This document shows positions 49,100 to 62,572 of a DNA stretch of 64,000 nt, one piece after another (position 1 is the first letter of the stretch; the number at the start of each line of letters is the position of its first letter). Where the stretch lies: the NCBI GenBank assembly GCA_000934665.2, contig KZ538323.1:1-64000 (forward strand), given 5' to 3'. Under the pieces are notes generated by a model, which was given only the letters and a program-made list of their open reading frames with translations, was not told the DNA's origin and ran no database searches. The translations under genes and the position numbers were made by a program. The DNA comes from Catajapyx aquilonaris (lineage: Eukaryota).

Positions 49100-50958
49100 A
49101 TGGCTAACCAGGAGGAGGCCACAAGTATTAATAGCCAATCGGCCATGAAGATGATCAGAGTTGTTGAAACGCCACAGATAGACTGTATTAAGGTATCGGA
49201 TATCAAGGAGGCTATAAATGACAGCAGGAAAGCCAGAAAGATGCTCCTCAGGAAATTAAGGTCACCATCGCCTTGTAACACGATGGTCAAGAGTGGGATT
49301 GTGGCCAGATGCGTCTCCTATCTGTCCAGAAAAGACATGTGAGTATGTATGGTTATGTGTTCTCGTGACGAGTAAATTTTTTGGGCTGTCCTGTGTATAG
49401 CCCTGCACTTCAGTTTGAGGCAGCGTATGTGTCAAACATCCTTGCATCCAAGTCGCCAGATCAAATCGAATCAGTGATGGTGACCGCAGGTGTCGTACCA
49501 CATCTTGTGACACTTGTAAGCTCACACAATGTGCACCTAGCAAAGCACGCTCTCCACACACTCCAAAATAGTCAACCGGACCAAACTTCCATGAAGACAG
49601 ACATTGTCCCTAACCTTTTGACCCTTATGAGATCGACCCATCCTCATGTGGCGAGGCTAGCAGTCAGAGCACTGGGAAACATCGCCTGTGAATCGCCACA
49701 ACACAACGAAATTGTTGTAAAGAAAGGTGCAGTAACCCATCTTGCGAGTCTGATAATGAGTTCAAGCCATTTGAAAGTGGTGGACCAAGCTGCCAGGACG
49801 CTAAGTCGCATCACACATCGTGCTGGACCAAACGTTACGGTCAACATCGCAAAAGTTTTGAAGCTAATCAATCCCGGCAATGCTGTAAGTCTGCGCATTG
49901 GGAATACTTGATTTGGTATTAAGAGTTGAATGTTTGCAGTATGAAGCACTACGCAGCATCATCAGACCTGCGATCATGCACTGTCTCTACAAGAACCCGT
50001 CGCCTTCCATCAAGGTCTTACGACATATTGTTCCAACTCTTTGTGAGCTTCTCAGCTCTTGTGACATGGAAGTTGTTGGTATGCACCGCGACCTGCGCAG
50101 TCCGCAGGCCTAGAAAAATGAGATCGAATAATGTTCGTCTCTATTTATGTTTCCAGCATGTGCTTGCAGAGCTTTGTTGTACATAACTGATGCCAAACAC
50201 GGATTGGTACAGAAGGTGGTGGATTCTGGTGCTGTGCATCTTCTTGTGCAGGTCTTGGAATTAGACGATGAGACGTCAGCTGTGGTTCCCATTCTGACTT
50301 CAGTGAGCCACCTGATGAAGTGCAATTGTAGTCATATGGAAGCGGTGCTCAAATGCGGTGTCCTGCACATCATCCGGAACTTGCTGGACTATCCAGAGGA
50401 CATCATAATCAAGGAAGTTGCAATGGCCATTGCGAACACAGTCAAGGATGGAAGCACGGACCAGATTCGAGCTGTCATCAGTGCTGATCTGCTCTACCCT
50501 CTAACAAAGTTCATAGCGAAGGTCAGCCTCATCATATTTAATAATTTTAAAATGTGTCAGATGATTTCAATTTTTGTACGTCCATCAATCAGTACAAAGA
50601 AAACTTTCGCATCGAGGTCTTCAACTGCAGCTACGGAAGAACTGAAGATCAAGTCCTGTACATATTTCAGCACTACATCGTACAGGCATTTTGCGACCAT
50701 CTGAGATCAAAAGACTGCGAGAGGGTTACGGTGTCTCTGGATGGAATTGCGAGCATACTAAAGGGGGCTGCGAAGGTCGGGAGAGTTGAGGAGGTGGCTC
50801 AGGTCATCAGGATTTGCAGAGGGCTGCATAGGATGATGGGGATCGTCAAGTTTCATAAGGAGCAGTGCGAATATAAGGTGTGCTGGAAGGCAGGAGACAT
50901 TATCCAACTCTACTTCAGTTCGAGCCTAAGTGCGACTGTAAGTTGTGTTGTGTTATGA
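49100..50958 (+). CDS. Divergent importin-alpha (karyopherin alpha)-like ARM-repeat protein, ~530 aa; exons 49100-49338, 49401-49884, 49940-50078, 50157-50521, 50593-50958
   Basis: PALQFEAA, AVRALGNIAC, CLYKNPSP, ACRALLYITD, VVDSGAV, KEVAMAIAN, QIRAVISADL, LDGIASIL and IIQLYFS correspond to importin-alpha ARM1-10 landmarks. Four GT-AG introns keep the frame open. AATAAA near 50982. Confidence 0.85.
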
Positions 50959-53900
50959 GAGGTGTAGACCAATTTTAAAAAAATAAATTCCATATCTAAG
51001 TGTCAACAATTTTTAAAGCACTGGTTTTTTTAAAGGGCAAAATTTCTGAAGCAGAGGACCTATTAGAATGCTGTTCTGATCACCACCCCTCCTGGCCTCC
51101 ATGTCATTTACAGGTACGTCTAATTTGCTCATGATCTGCAGCGCTAATTTTCACTGAAGCTTTAGTGTTGGGGATTCAAATCATCAGGCCAGTATAATAA
51201 TTATTATATACCAACCTGTCTTTCTAGACACATGATGAATTGGCGTCTCTTCTCCGTGACGTATTACCTTCTTCGCATGTAAGTTACATCAATTTGTTTT
51301 CTATATTTCATATACAGTGAAAAATTGGACTGTTGCTTTGTTCATTAATTAATTGGGAGGTGGATTTCGACTATTGTTGACACCACTTGTAGAGATAAGG
51401 CATTTGTATACAAAAATAACCGGCTTTGTTTTTTCCCATTCATTGTAGCCATCATGGTGTTAATTTTTTTAAACAAAATTATTGCAGAGAAGACGATTGA
51501 AACAAGAGATTATCATGACATTTTGAGCTTCTCTTCCCAACGATGACCTTCACAAACTTATGACGACAAATCATAGAGCAAGATGGAAATTCATATACAT
51601 AAATCTGTATACGCAAATAAAATTATACAATGCCATTTTTTAAATGTCTCATTATACTCGCAGAATGTTCCTATATAAATAATCCAACTCTACAGGGTAC
51701 TTCCCCGCTATAAAAAAATTTTCCTGCCGGATATTTAATTCACTTCCTGTACTATCTGACTGGATCCTCTCGCCATCTCTGGTACTCTCCATGCAACATG
51801 CACCCCCCTCTAGAGTTTTGGTCGATCAAGAGAAGTATATACAAGCCTCCCCCTGCATCGGAAAACTCTGATCCTGTGCGCTCGTCTCCATGGTCGGGTC
51901 CAGCAGCATCAGCTCCTACTGTCTCCCGAAAACATGGAGCGCAGGTGACCCACCACCACCACACAAGCGGAGGGTCAAAGGTCACCTGGTGCACATCCAT
52001 TCCAAAAATGTAGCCTCAGGATCAACTCTTGCGGTGATTTTTTCCAACAATGGTAAGTTGCAGATTTTATTGGTACTGCTTTTTTTAAAAATTGATTTAA
52101 TAGGGTTTTTTTTTTAAATAAAATATTGCGGTCCTTCCGTTTTGTATATCCGCACCCTGGAGAGGAAGTATCGATTTAGTATTTTAATGTTGGGCTTGAT
52201 CGGACTGGGAAGGGATGCTGCGCTTCAATGTCACGGACCTTCTGTAAAATGGGCAAAATGTAAACAGCATCTGGGCTTATTCATGCTTGATGTCTCCGCT
52301 TGTTCAACTGATTAAAATGGGCAAATTATGTGGCTCTAATTATTGATGTTACTTATATGATGGTCGGCAAAGCAGAGTTGGAGCATAATAATATTATTGC
52401 CGAATATGCGTCGTTTTATTCCGTTTAGTGCACACAAAAAAAAAATATGCTGAATCGTCACTTTTAAATACCTAAAATTATGTTCGGTGTGATGTAGCCT
52501 GCAAATGCCAATAATTAAATCACAAATTTTCTAGAAATATTGTAATTTAAAAAAATCGCAAAATGTAGGATTAAGTAATTGCGCCAGAAAATAATACTTT
52601 TAATTAAGCTGATATTTAGTCCTGCGATGTAATTGAAATGCGAGCTCTTTGATCTCATTATGTCAAAAAAATGGCAATAAGAATCAAATTTCCGTTTCAA
52701 ATGTAATATTTCCAGTCGTTCGGGCAATTCATTTCCTCTTTCATGTGTATCCAACTAAATAAAAAGTCAATTTAAAAAAACTGCAGCTCATTGTTTGCGC
52801 GATTTTAAAAAAATTTATTGCAATAGGATTTTAATAGCTACTAAATTGTGCGTCGGCTTGGGTGTACTGTAAAAGGGATATGTTAGGAAATAATTTTATT
52901 CAAATGTATTCCGCGTTGTCAACGTTCGTTAAAAATTACGAGAGCAATATCCTCCATGTGCGACGGAATTTCTCATTTCGCATTTTTGCTGGCACAAAAA
53001 TCAATGGTTCTGCTCTTTTTTATACAAAAAAAAATCTGGCCGGTATTTTATTGAACTTGCTATAAAATGAAAAAAGCGGATACTTTATCCCCTTGTTGCG
53101 ATACCTTTAAAAAAAGCGCTTTATAGGACTATTTACGCACATACACATACACCGAGACTTCACTTTGAAGGTTTCGATAATTAGCGAAATGAACACACTG
53201 AAAAATTTACCAGCTCCAAACTGGGAATAATCAAACAGCATATTTAAATATGTATTGCCCAGTGTGCAGTAACATAATTACCCTCTTTTATTGATTGCTT
53301 TTTTTTGTGCACAATGATACACATTTTGTTGCACTTGCAATGAAAAAAAAGCTGGCTAATTAGTGCAAAAATACAGCTGCAACACCTCATTTCCTGAAAA
53401 GTGTTGGCATAGAACGATTGTTATGTACACTGAGAGAGTCATTCACTGATTATAAACCTGTCCGGCCCTCCATTTATATTATTGACAATTCAGTGGGATC
53501 CGGTTTTGCATGACTTTGTGATTTGTGTGATTTTGGAATGCTAATTAATACTGGGATGGCTTCACAATTTAATGCCATTTTGTAGCTTATCCAGATCAAT
53601 CACCCATCGTAGAATGTCCCTATAGGGTTGTTATACTTATCGCTACATGGTAACAATGCAGTACCATTATTGTCACAAATTTTTCCAACCCCTGAATGGT
53701 CCATATGTTGTCTCATGTTTTTCCATAAAATTATTTCCCACAGCTTCTATATAGTACGATGGAAAATTGCTTTGACGTCCCAGAGAAAGTTAGACCCTTA
53801 ATGGCTTTCACTGATAATGTAATTTCCTCACTGCCTTTCTGAAACTCTCCTCCTCTCATCTATATACCCTTCAGCATGTACACACAGAAAATCGCACCCA

Positions 53901-56726
53901 AATGTAAACAAAAAAGTGTGTGTACATACCCACGTTTGCAGCTGAAAGATAACGTCTGATGGAAACACATTTTTTTTGTGGATGGAAAAATATTCACTCT
54001 CTGAGAGAGAGAGCCCTGGGTTTTACTGATGGATGTTTGCAGAAGTGAGTGAAAGAGGTTGGTTGCTATGGGGAAGCGTGAATAATAAGGCTTGCAAAAA
54101 TTGGGATGCAAAAATTTTTTTTGCAAAGATTTTTTTGGGGAAGAAGTATAAGAGGGTGTGTGCAGCAGCCGAGAGAATGTGGGAAATAGAGCAGGTGCGA
54201 CCGGCCTGTTTCGGTCGATAGCTAGCCCCTTCTATAGAAGCAGGAGTCCAAATAGATTGTGTGATTGCCAGCTTCCTTTTTGGTTGCAACCATCTTTGGT
54301 GCGGTCACACCAACGCCATACACAAATGGCGGAAAATGGTGTGGAAAAAAAGAGCAAAATTTAAATTTAAAATGCAGTCACGAAGTTTTTGTCAGAAATA
54401 GTGTTGTACACAATCGCCGTACTCTGTCTGCAACTACATAATGCATCGCACGTTTAGCTTAAATAATTTATATTTCAAGCGTAAAAATACGCTGCAACTA
54501 GCACGGCCAGTTTCACCGAGAAAGTATCAGTCGAAAAAATTTCACATTTCAATGTTATCAACGAAGACAATTTTATTTTTTGTTATAACCGAGATTTAAG
54601 TTGTTAACCAGGTTGGTGCAACCCGACCTTAACCTGAAAACAATTTGAGCCAAAAAAAAAAGTGTGTGAAGCCAGAACCACCCTGCAGTTTCAATCCTCG
54701 GTAAATTCCACTATAAGAGGCGTGTAAACACGTCAAGTTAAATTCAATATCGGGACTTCACGTAATATTACATCAGGAAAGCAAGGATTAATCAAGAGGA
54801 TCCCAATCCCCTCAAGCAGCTAACAATGCTGTATTAATTAACGCGGGATCGCGTTTTGCATACCCGTGCATGTAAATGTCCCCCCACAAGTTCAATGAGC
54901 GAAAATGCAATCACACTGTGTAATCAACATTCCCGTGAAATTCTCTCTCCCCCAAAAAATGGCAAAAATGTAGATGTCCTCTTGAGTGTTACTAATCTGA
55001 CTCAAAAAAATGTCAACGTGGATTCCCTCAGCTCTCGTAGATATTCGGAAAAAATTGCAGTGAAAACGAGCTTCGTATTTTTATCATGCTCTGTGTACAG
55101 AAGGTCTATTCCACAAGGTGTGATTCATTTTTAGTAGGTGCAGGAGTCAAGAACCGATTTTTTTTTTTCAAAAAAAAGGTCCTATACACTGCGACTAGTA
55201 CGACTGGAACATGAAGTGTAAATTTTCATATTAAAAAATTGAGCCAAAAATTGTGTAAGTATGTGCCAACATATTTGATCGTAAAGTACTGTACGTCCTA
55301 TTAACTTTAGTAAGAGAATTTAGGTCTTGACACGACATCAAAGCTGAAGGCTTGTCGAATATTTTTCGAGCGCAAATTACTGCAGGAAAATGGACTGATC
55401 TGTATTGATTTTCGATTATCGGGATTGTTACTGTCAGTATAACGTATCGCTGTGCTTTTTTTTATTGTCTGCACTTTAGCGTAATTTTTCTGCTCTAATC
55501 GTGCTGAAAGTTCGGATAAGGTCCGACAATTTTTGTTTAATGGCGCAAAAATGCACTTACGATCATATTTTATTAAGTGTGCATCTGCATAATGAGGCAA
55601 TGTCTTTAAAATTATGGTACCACACTTGAACCAAATATTATTCTCTCACTACGCTGGCTGGGTTGCCAGTTTGTTGCTAAAACCAGGCCAGAAAATAGTT
55701 GCTAAAACCAACCCAGCATTAGATCGGGGGAAAAAAAACCCGGTCTCTTTTTAGTACCCAGGTGCAATCTACATACACTTTTGATCTCCCCCAATGCAGT
55801 GCAGCTCATAAAGGAACCTCCCCTACAATTCGTTTATCTCTCCAAACAGGGAGCGGCCTATAAATTCCCTGAAACTGCAATCATAAAGGTAGGAATCGTC
55901 CTGGAGAGCAACTGCTGCATTTACGGGCATCTAAAATCCTCCTTAACGACTGCACGAACTTACTTTCTGCTCTCACTCGGACATGTTATTTTATTCACAA
56001 GCAGTGCACACCAACAGTCATCGCCAAAAGCAAATTGCAAAAAAAAATATTCAGACCCAAATTTGTATCCTTTCCTAATTTTTGTAATATTTTTTTGGAC
56101 CACCCTGTGATTCTAGCTGAATGTGCAGTTTTCTTTCCCAGGTTTTAGTTCAATAAGAGAAAATATTGCACACACTTCATATTTCAAACCTTCCATAATG
56201 TAATTGCATGCGGCTCCGTTCATAATTACGAGTCAGCAAAGTTGGTCGAATTTTGTGTAACACCCGGTTGGAGCGAAATCCTGAATAATTTCCTTTTTCG
56301 ACTTCAGTGCTGGGTTATTTCCTTCCTGAATGCCTCGAATTACCAGGGCCAGAGTTATCTGGTCGGAGACTGTTGCAACCGGGAATGGATATATACATAA
56401 ACTCGTTTCAGAGAGCAAAAGCAGCATCCACAGCCCAGCTCTTTCCCATGGTGGACATTTCTCTTTCTGACTGCGTTAATCAATCTCCAGGGAAGCATTA
56501 ATTCGCCTACTGCAGCCCCCTCTTTTTTTTGTCACTACGATTTGCTAGCCTTTCGTGCATGCTGAAGGGTAGGGGGGGGGGGGCAAAACGTGTAGATGTT
56601 GCAGTGCATTACAAGTAACCTGACTGGGCTTGTTTGCAATTTGTTCATATCATCAGACTTTACAGATCAATACTGCATTATTTATTAGTACATTATTATT
56701 GTATTATTTATTATTACCCTACAGGG

Positions 56727-56963
56727 GATCTGGACTTCTGGCCCCCGCCGTTTCGTCCCCGGTCTTCTGGCCCCCGGCATATTGGCCCCCGTGACCATTT
56801 CGTCCCCCGGCGTATTCGGCCCCGTGACATATTCCGCTTTGAAGCAATCTACTGGGCATTTCTAGAAAAGTGACAATATGCCGGGGGGCGAAATGGTCAC
56901 GGGGGCCAATATGCCGCGGGCCAGACGACCGGGGGCGAAACGGCGGGGGCGAAAAGTCCGATC
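56727..56963. mobile_element. GC-rich palindromic MITE with tandem subterminal motifs (possibly MuDR-like)
   Basis: ~95-bp arms of repeated ttcggcccc-like units, mirrored as ggggcgaaa units, in AT-rich flanks. Confidence 0.8.
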
Positions 56964-57613
56964 TATTTTACTATTATAATTATTAACTTCATATTACAAT
57001 GCTATTTATTAACTTTATTTTGTAATTATGTCATTTTTATTTATACGTTGGCTTTTATTCATTATTTAGGATAATTTGCCCACATGCAGTACAATATTTA
57101 ACGTAGCGGCAAATAAAGGTTTTTGGCAGTTACTTTTTGATATGAAAGTATGGTTAAATCTAAGCAGATCAGCTGCTGCAATTTGCATACGTTGCATTTT
57201 AGCGTGAACTGTAACATCCCCCGCACTTTGTTCAACAACAGTTGATTAGAAATAACCACTCGTCATCCTGACAGTGCAAAAAAAGGGCTCCCCAGTTTTT
57301 GCCATTTGGCGAACACCAGCTCGCATTAATTTTTAGCGCGGCCTCCTCTCACATCTAGCAAACTAAGCCTCTCCCCGATGTATACAAGCCCCTCTCTAGA
57401 ATTTTAACTAGTCCGTTTCCGTGACCTCCTCCATTGGATGCTGCTGGGGGAAAGGGGAGGCAAACTCCGCATTAGTAAATTTATTTGGTCGGAAGAGCCT
57501 CGAGACACGACAGGTATCGTGGAAGCACCTTTCGCAAACACTTTCGCACATACATAAATTACTCTCCCTCTCTGCCTGCGATTACGAGCCCTCAAGCATT
57601 CCCTTCTTATATA

Positions 57614-58057
57614 CAGGGTGCCTCGTAATCATGCAGGCTAACTTCTACGTAAATGTGGGTTCATTTGGCCTCAGAAATTTGGTTGCCAAGAGCTCTCCAA
57701 GCGACTTGTTTATTCAAAATGTGGAGACGATAGAAGTGTCACAGACTGTATCTGCAATGTTTAGAGATGTCACAATCGTATACCGTATAGAATTGGCTAG
57801 GTGAGACTGTCTGCACACTATGACTCATCACCAACGTGCATTTTGACTCATCACCAACGTGCATGCTGGCTCATCACCAACGTTTCCCCTGAGAACGGCA
57901 GTAGTGTGCTAGAGAGGTAGGCATGCCATCTGTGAGTGCCATATCGTACTAAGTCCAAATGGTGCGCGGGCCGGGCAGTGTTGCTAAGCTTATTTTCAAT
58001 GTCTACGAACATTGTTCCCTATATAATAAATTGTCTGAATTGTGATGAAGCACCCTG
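57614..58057. mobile_element. Tc1/mariner-type MITE with an internal triple 23-bp repeat
   Basis: ta-cagggtgcctcgt...atgaagcaccctg-ta. Internal (g)actcatcaccaacgt x3 at ~57822-57885. Confidence 0.65.
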
Positions 58058-60632
58058 TAAGAAGCTCTCCTCCTTCTAGATATCAGCGAGAGAGAGAGAG
58101 ATTGGTCGTACAATAATTATCGTCAGACAAGTCATTCATTCGCGACCTGGCATTGTGCTCAAATGGGAAGTAATGGCGCTAATAGAAATCGATCCTATCG
58201 GCTTCAGTGTTCAGCTGCGAAAAGCCCGAAAGTCCTCTTTTGTTCCCGATTTCCTCTCTCGAAAAATTCCAACGCGATTTTTCGACTGTAAATACAGTTG
58301 GGTTGTTTTTTTTAAAAAAAAAATCCAGGTCAGATCAATGTTTATTTTGGATGACGTTTGATTCATCTCCCGGAGCTTAATTATTGGCGACTGATGCTGG
58401 ATTAGCGGGAAAGGGATGCATCACGTTAATTCGGATTTTTTTTTTTGCGGGTAAAGAGGTTTTTGCAGGGTTAGTTTCGTACACATTGTTAGAGCCGCCT
58501 AATTGGTTTGATTAGGATTAGTTGACGCCGCGTTTTTTTTTTTGAGACAAAATTTTGCTGAAGTACGTAAAAAGGGCAGTTTTAAGCAATATTTAGGTCA
58601 AAGTTGACAGTATGTAGAAGCAAATATTAATTATGTTACAAGCTCGTATATATGGAATATCCTTCAGGGTACGTCACCCGTCAATCAGGATTGCTAGACG
58701 TGTAGTGCAGTGCACAGGATAATTCATATACAGTCCATCAACATAATTAGAACTTAATTACCTGAAGCGTCGTTTGCAAAAAATATCTTTTTTCATATAC
58801 AGATAAGGCTTATTTGGATCGTAACAAGAAAAATTAACATTAAAAAAAATGCACTGTAACATGCTGCCGGTAGCAGTAATGCGAATAACACGCCAAAAGT
58901 GAGTTTACACAGTCTGCGTACCCGAAGCAATCTCTGGCGTCTGTCAATATTGCCTCAAAAAATTACCAATGCAAATTAAATTGACTCCCCCCCCCCCTCA
59001 CCCGCTCGAATTCTCTTTGGACACACATTCTCTCAAAATCGACAAAAGTTTGATGCCAAGAACATGCTGATTCAACTCAACATTTTGTTCAATTGAAATA
59101 ATTGTTGCCTATTTGCATACAATACATTATTGGAAAATTGAGACCATCTAAGGCAAGCAGCCTTCAAGCTCAAAAACTGATAACAAATTCATGCAACATA
59201 GCGATTGGTAAACCTGTAAAAACCGGTCCGTTTGAACAAGACCATATCAGTTGTCAAAAGCCAGATAACGACACATTTTTATCTCTCCTGTCTTCTTCAT
59301 TCGGAGGTCAGGACACGGAATAAAACTCACCTTTTCGTCAACGTGGAACTTAGGTAGGAAAATTACATCTTAATAACACATCAACGCAATATGAAAAAAA
59401 AAAATCTGTGATTATGTGTCAGACTCGTAATTTTTTTAAATCTGATTATATTTTTCGAACCAGTGACGTCATTCTTATCTAGCTAATCAGCTAATGCAGC
59501 CCGTTTTCACACACACATACAAAATGGAAGGTGCCAGTAGGGTCTGGTTATAGCAACAAAAAAAATATATTGGGGTGTGAGGCCTTTTAAGTGGATCAGT
59601 ATTCTCTCGAGAAGCTCATCCACAACTGGATTGCGTTGAAGGTGAGTCTCGGAATTTCTAACATCGAATCGATGCCTTTTTTCGCACTGGATGCTGCGGA
59701 TCTACTGTAGTATACCACCGGGTATAGCCACCCCCTTTCCACAGAAAAGTTTCTGCAGCCCAGAAGGTGCAAGGATGAAAAGAGGAATTGGGGTTAACCA
59801 CCTCCACCCTCCGAAAGTGTAAGGAAAGTAGATTCATGTCTAATTAGCTCATAATTCAAAGGGGGCGGCCTGAATTTATTCGCGAATAAAGCCTATGCGA
59901 AACACCTGAGTAGTTCTAAAATGCCCGGAAGCAAATTTTTTTTTGCAGGAAACTAATATAGGCCATAAGACATCTCAGACAACAAGGAAAACATCTGTCG
60001 CATCAATTGCCAGCTGACAATAATGAAGGAAAATACATTACCACATGCGCTAAAGTATTTTCCACGTAGTAATACACTGAAGAGCCGAAACTCTTCAATT
60101 TGCATCCAAGTGTTGTGGAAGAAAGTTTGGCGAATTTCATGTGTTGTTTACTGATTCTGTCGTGAATGTTTCAACATTTTTGGGCGTGTTTTTGTGGGGA
60201 TTTGCATGTCTCTGACGTCTTTGTTGGAGCATTGTATGTATCGGCATAGTTGATCATAACATGTTTGTTCAACTGAACAACGTTCAGTGAAGCAAAAATA
60301 AGGCAAGAGTGTTAACTGTGGGTTTGTGAGTACGTTTGAAACCCCATATATAGGCATGGAAATGTGTGCCACCAATACGTCCACGTCTAATTACGAATAA
60401 TTAGCGGCCCGTAAAATGCGATAACGATTATTGCAAGCTTGTGGAAACATACCCCTGGACACACAAACTGGGGTGGACTAATTAACCTGTATGATTTTTG
60501 TCTGTTTGCAGGTCGATCCGGTACATCGCTGATCCTTCATCAGGAACAGTGATCTTGTTTTTTTTGTTTGGGAGAACGATGCGATCATGTGAGAGTTGAC
60601 ACCTGTCCTCCAGCAATGGAGACAGTGGGACC

Positions 60633-62572
60633 ATGGCTTTTTTCTTCTCTTTCTGCCGCTGCCAGCATTGCTCCAAAATTTTGCTGGTGGCTGTGTTGCT
60701 CTTCCTCTTCATCCAGTACTCCTTCAATGTCTATTACGAGAGGCAGAACGAGCCTGCAGTCTTTTCCCTGCACAACAGCACATTCTGGAGGAAGCTGGTT
60801 CCGTTCAGATTGACCACACTCACAGACAATAGTTACAAATATGGAGGAGGAGGAGGAGGAGGAACCACTTCTGCCAACATGCTCTTGGAGGCTACAACAA
60901 GAAGCGACATTTCATATCAGGTACCACCAGTATGATGCATGAATTTTTTTACGAGCGCAACCGAGTGCGCACCCACACTTGCGCAAAAACAACGTTGCCA
61001 GAGTTATTCCTCTAGGGAGCCTCTAGAGAGCCTCTAGGGAGAGATTCGCCAACTTTTGACGTCATGTCGTCTCCGATTGGCTGCAGCCATCTGGACTACT
61101 CCAGCCAATCGAAGTCGACCGTGACGTCAGAACCGGCCACTGTTTCCATAGCAAGGCAAGATGGCGGCCTCCATAGGACACGTAAACAGTTCAGCCAATC
61201 AGAGACGACGGGACGTCAGAAGTTGGCGAATCATCTCCTTAGAGCCTCCAAATAGTTGGTAGCCTCTAAGGTTCGTTTCAGAACCTTGGCAACGTCGCAA
61301 AAGTCGGCCATATTGTTACCCCATCAAACGTAGTGTTGGAAATAGTTTGCTCGAACTGTGTTTTTATATAGAAATTGCGATTGTTTGTGCCCCACAGGAG
61401 GACAACGTGACAGACATGTGGATGAGCAGCACATCGATGGAGAGTACGACCGACACATCAGTGACTGTTGGTACGACACAACTGCCACCTTGTCCTCCTG
61501 TACCGCCACTTCTAGGTAAGTTTCCAGTTCAGTTGCACCGTAGAGTGAAATTTTTTGTTCGTAGTGTATATGAGAGCAATGTCTTCTCGTTTTTTTTCTG
61601 TCGCACAGTTGGACCCCTGAGGGTGATCAAAGAAGCGCCTTCGATGGAAGAGCTGGAGAAACGCCATCCCCATCTGGAACCAGGTGGTCGGTTTAGGCCC
61701 AAAGACTGCCTATCAAGTCACAAAGTTGCCATCATCATTCCGTACAGAGACAGAGGCGAACACCTGCGCATCTTCCTCCACAACATTCATCCAATGTTGC
61801 AGAGACAGCAAATTGACTACGGAATTTACGTCGTCGAGCAACAAGGTAATTGAAAATGATCCGGAGTGGGTGGCCATAATGATTGTCTTTATTTTTTCTC
61901 TCCATATAGGAACTTCGGTGTTCAACAGGGCCATGCTGATGAACATTGGGTTTGTAGAAGCTGCGAAGGACTACGATTGGCAGTGCTTTATTTTTCATGA
62001 CGTGGATTTGATTCCGGAGGATGACAGGAACTTATATACCTGCCCGGAACAGCCTCGACATATGTCTGTTGCTATAGACAAGTTCAAGTATAGGTAGGTT
62101 TGCCAAAATTATTATTTTTTTGGACAAATATTTATAATGAAGATTTTTTTTTTGCAGGCTTCCATATGCAGACTTGTTTGGAGGAGTCAGCGCCTTGACC
62201 AAAGAGCAGTTTGAGACTGTTAATGGATTCAGCAACATGTTTTGGGGCTGGGGAGCTGAGGATGATGACATGTCCAATCGAGTTAGAAGTGCCAAATACA
62301 AAATATCTAGATATCCAGCCAATGTGGCTCGATATCAGATGTTGGGTCATAATCCTGATAAGCCAAATCCAAAGAGGTTGGTCAACTTTTGTAACACACA
62401 AAACTATATGAACATGCACTAAATTTTAATTATTTTCAGGTATGACTACTTGTACTCGGGTCGTAAGAGGTTCAAAACGGATGGGATCAACAGCGTGGAG
62501 TATGAGCGAGTGGACTTCCTTTTGAAAAGACTGTACACGTGGGTGTATGTGAAATTACCTGAACGCAGCTGA
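60633..62572 (+). CDS. Beta-1,4-N-acetylgalactosaminyltransferase (bre-4 / beta4GalNAcT-like, GT7), ~392 aa; exons 60633-60920, 61398-61515, 61609-61845, 61910-62093, 62158-62376, 62440-62572
   Basis: Type II TM anchor and motifs KVAIIIPYRDR, FNRAMLMNIGF, FHDVDLIP (DxD), QPRHMSVA and FWGWGAEDDD. LPYADLFGGV has Leu at the position equivalent to beta4GalT1 Tyr289, which indicates a UDP-GalNAc donor. Confidence 0.95.
60992..61295. mobile_element. Intronic MITE-like inverted-repeat element rich in CCAAT/CRE motifs
   Basis: Ends acgttgcca / tggcaacgt. Inner inverted pair gattcgccaacttttgacgtc / gacgtcagaagttggcgaatc. Confidence 0.7.

Noticed and set aside
60077..60100. Minimal hammerhead ribozyme (ctgaagagccgaaac)
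   Set aside because: There is no room for stem II and no stems I/III; the segment folds as a simple gaagag/ctcttc hairpin.
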